A stretch of DNA of 52,747 nt, counting the filler, from Sphacelaria rigidula (lineage: Eukaryota): the NCBI GenBank assembly GCA_964200075.2. It is 4 parts of 4 records of this genome, joined end to end, with 100 filler letters (N's around TTAATTAATTAA, not from the genome) between each part and the next. Parts side by side here need not be neighbours in the genome. Positions count along the whole stretch, not along the records: positions 39,640 to 52,747 come from CAXNAA020003147.1; 3 more parts are not named here. One strand, 5' to 3'. A program made the position numbers and the translations under genes. The notes beneath the pieces are model-generated. The model was not told the DNA's origin, did no database searches, and worked only from the letters and a program-made list of their open reading frames with translations. Positions 50,930 to 52,747 of the stretch are shown here, in pieces. Position 1 is the stretch's first letter, and each line of letters starts with the position of its first letter.

Positions 50930-52747
50930 CGTGTCATCTCCACAGTACCAACCGTTGTTTACGTGCATTTCTCTAGGTCCCTCTCTGTGAAGTACTTGTC
51001 TAGGGATGCATCCTTGTCACAAGGACATATATGTCATCCCTGTCACAACGGCATCCCTGTGCCGGGAGCGGACAACAGACCACAGCAGTACAGGAGTACT
51101 ACTGTACAGGGCCTATAGTGCTCTGAACAATTGACAAGTGATGCAATACAGGACCACTCCCGCTACTCGTGCTGCCACCTGAATAGCCTGCACAGTACAC
51201 TAACACAGTGTACGGAGAGCGTGGTGTCTTGTACAACAGCAGTGCAACTACAGTATCATATGGCGGTATTCTCGATGGCAAGCAGTTGATGCATACTGTA
51301 TACAGTCCATGTTGTCAGAGCATCTATATAATCAAGCATGCGCGGTGCTTGGCTGACCAAGTACACAAGACGACTGTTTGCTCGTCAATATAGAGCAGAG
51401 AGTATATCGCCGCAGGCGTGTGAGGCCTTCTGCCCTACAAGATGCTTTCTTTACTGCCCTGCTGTGGACTGCTGTGAAGTACGCCTAGCCGTTGTTTCGT
51501 GTGTGCAGCATTTTGATTTGAAATTGGGTTTATCGTGGGTTGGTTCTGGAGGCGTTCGCGACCTGTACGCTCTTATTTGCATACGCCACCTGCAAGTAGG
51601 TCGCGCCGTACTGCATAGGTGCATCCGTTGAGGGAACCCTCTCTTACGGGTTGCATGATCACAGGGATTTGGTCACCCTCCCACACTGATCCTCCACAGC
51701 TGACCAACAGTGAGGACGTTTGCCCACATGTGTGCCTCATTCAACTCGCCAACAGCTCATTGCACGGTCGTGCTTTTGCTACTGACTAAGACGAAGGCGA
51801 TGTTCAATTGTTTCCGAGTGCTTCGCTCTCATGTTCTCATGACATTCGCTGCATAACCGCTGTCTTTGTGCTCCCGAATCAACGAGAACGCAAAGAAATA
51901 CCCCGCCATGAACAGGCTTTTGTTGTTTTGGTTCTTGTTTGAAGTTTTCCATCATCTTGAAGAGGCGTTTGTGGTTCGGGATCGACACCCCGCGAAAAAG
52001 AGCCAGTGTGGGCGACTTTCGATGGCCAGAACACGCGCCACAGGTATCAGATGACACCCAAGCCCAAAGGGTAATGTACCGCTGCGCCTTCTTCATGCAC
52101 TGCAAAAGAAAGCGCGTGATAAGATGCCGTGCCGCCAGAGAAAACTCGGCAAAGGTTGTGAAAAATGCCAAATGATACATGTACATCTATGGAGAGAGAA
52201 GGAAATCCATCCCCTGAAGTGGATTATTGAGACCAATAGAATTCATCGATCTGATTGTTATCTTCTCCTGCAGTCTCCTACTGCAATCGGTGTACTGTAG
52301 CGAGTATATATTGACGGAAGAGAAGAAAGGAAGACAAGAAGAAAAAAACATCGCAAAAACATGAGCATATATTCAAGTGACGCGTTTACTCCATACTAGC
52401 AGTAAGCAGCCAAGGATACGGGAGTCTGCATCACTCCTTTTGTACTACCGTACAGTTCACAGCAAACGGTACAGTGACTATACTGTACTTTTACCCTAAC
52501 CACTAATCATCAATCACACCTTCCAACGGTGGGACGAATGATGATTCACCTAAAAAATACTCGCTTTGAGTGTGATTGATTCGCACCGTACGAATCAAGC
52601 TTCGGGCTTTGTTATTGAGCATTTTACCCCAGGTACGCGCACCCGACACTTTCTACGATAGCCCCCCCCTCAAAAGTGCAATGCTCCGTCTCGAAAGGTA
52701 GGCGTGGTCAAAGGTCAAACGACCAGGGCAAGCAAGGAATGAGTGCG

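Overview
Eukaryotic, intron-rich and repeat-dense genomic DNA. Gene structure, TTAGGG repeats and ~50% GC suggest a stramenopile, probably a brown alga (inference). The window is not one locus: three identical 100-nt spacers (44N-TTAATTAATTAA-44N) join four scaffolds of 13115, 13114, 13110 and 13108 bp in descending size, so nothing should be linked across them. Scaffold 1 holds a heavily decayed Sola3-like DDD transposase (- strand), head-to-head with a decayed RING-finger ORF carrying SIM-like motifs. It also holds the last exons of an unknown gene, tRNA-derived SINEs, and a TIR element with telomeric repeats inside its TIRs. Scaffold 2 holds a multi-exon NACHT/TPR (NPHP3/TTC41/NWD1-like) gene whose Walker A lacks the catalytic Lys. 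Scaffold 3 holds five phase-compatible exons of the SMC5/6 kleisin NSE4, many MITEs and a LINE ORF2 3' end. Scaffold 4 holds an unknown multi-exon gene with a decayed Ty1/copia in an intron; the copia integrase segment is inverted relative to RT/RNase H. Most ORFs in the supplied track are spurious. Family assignments are motif recognition by eye; no database search was run.
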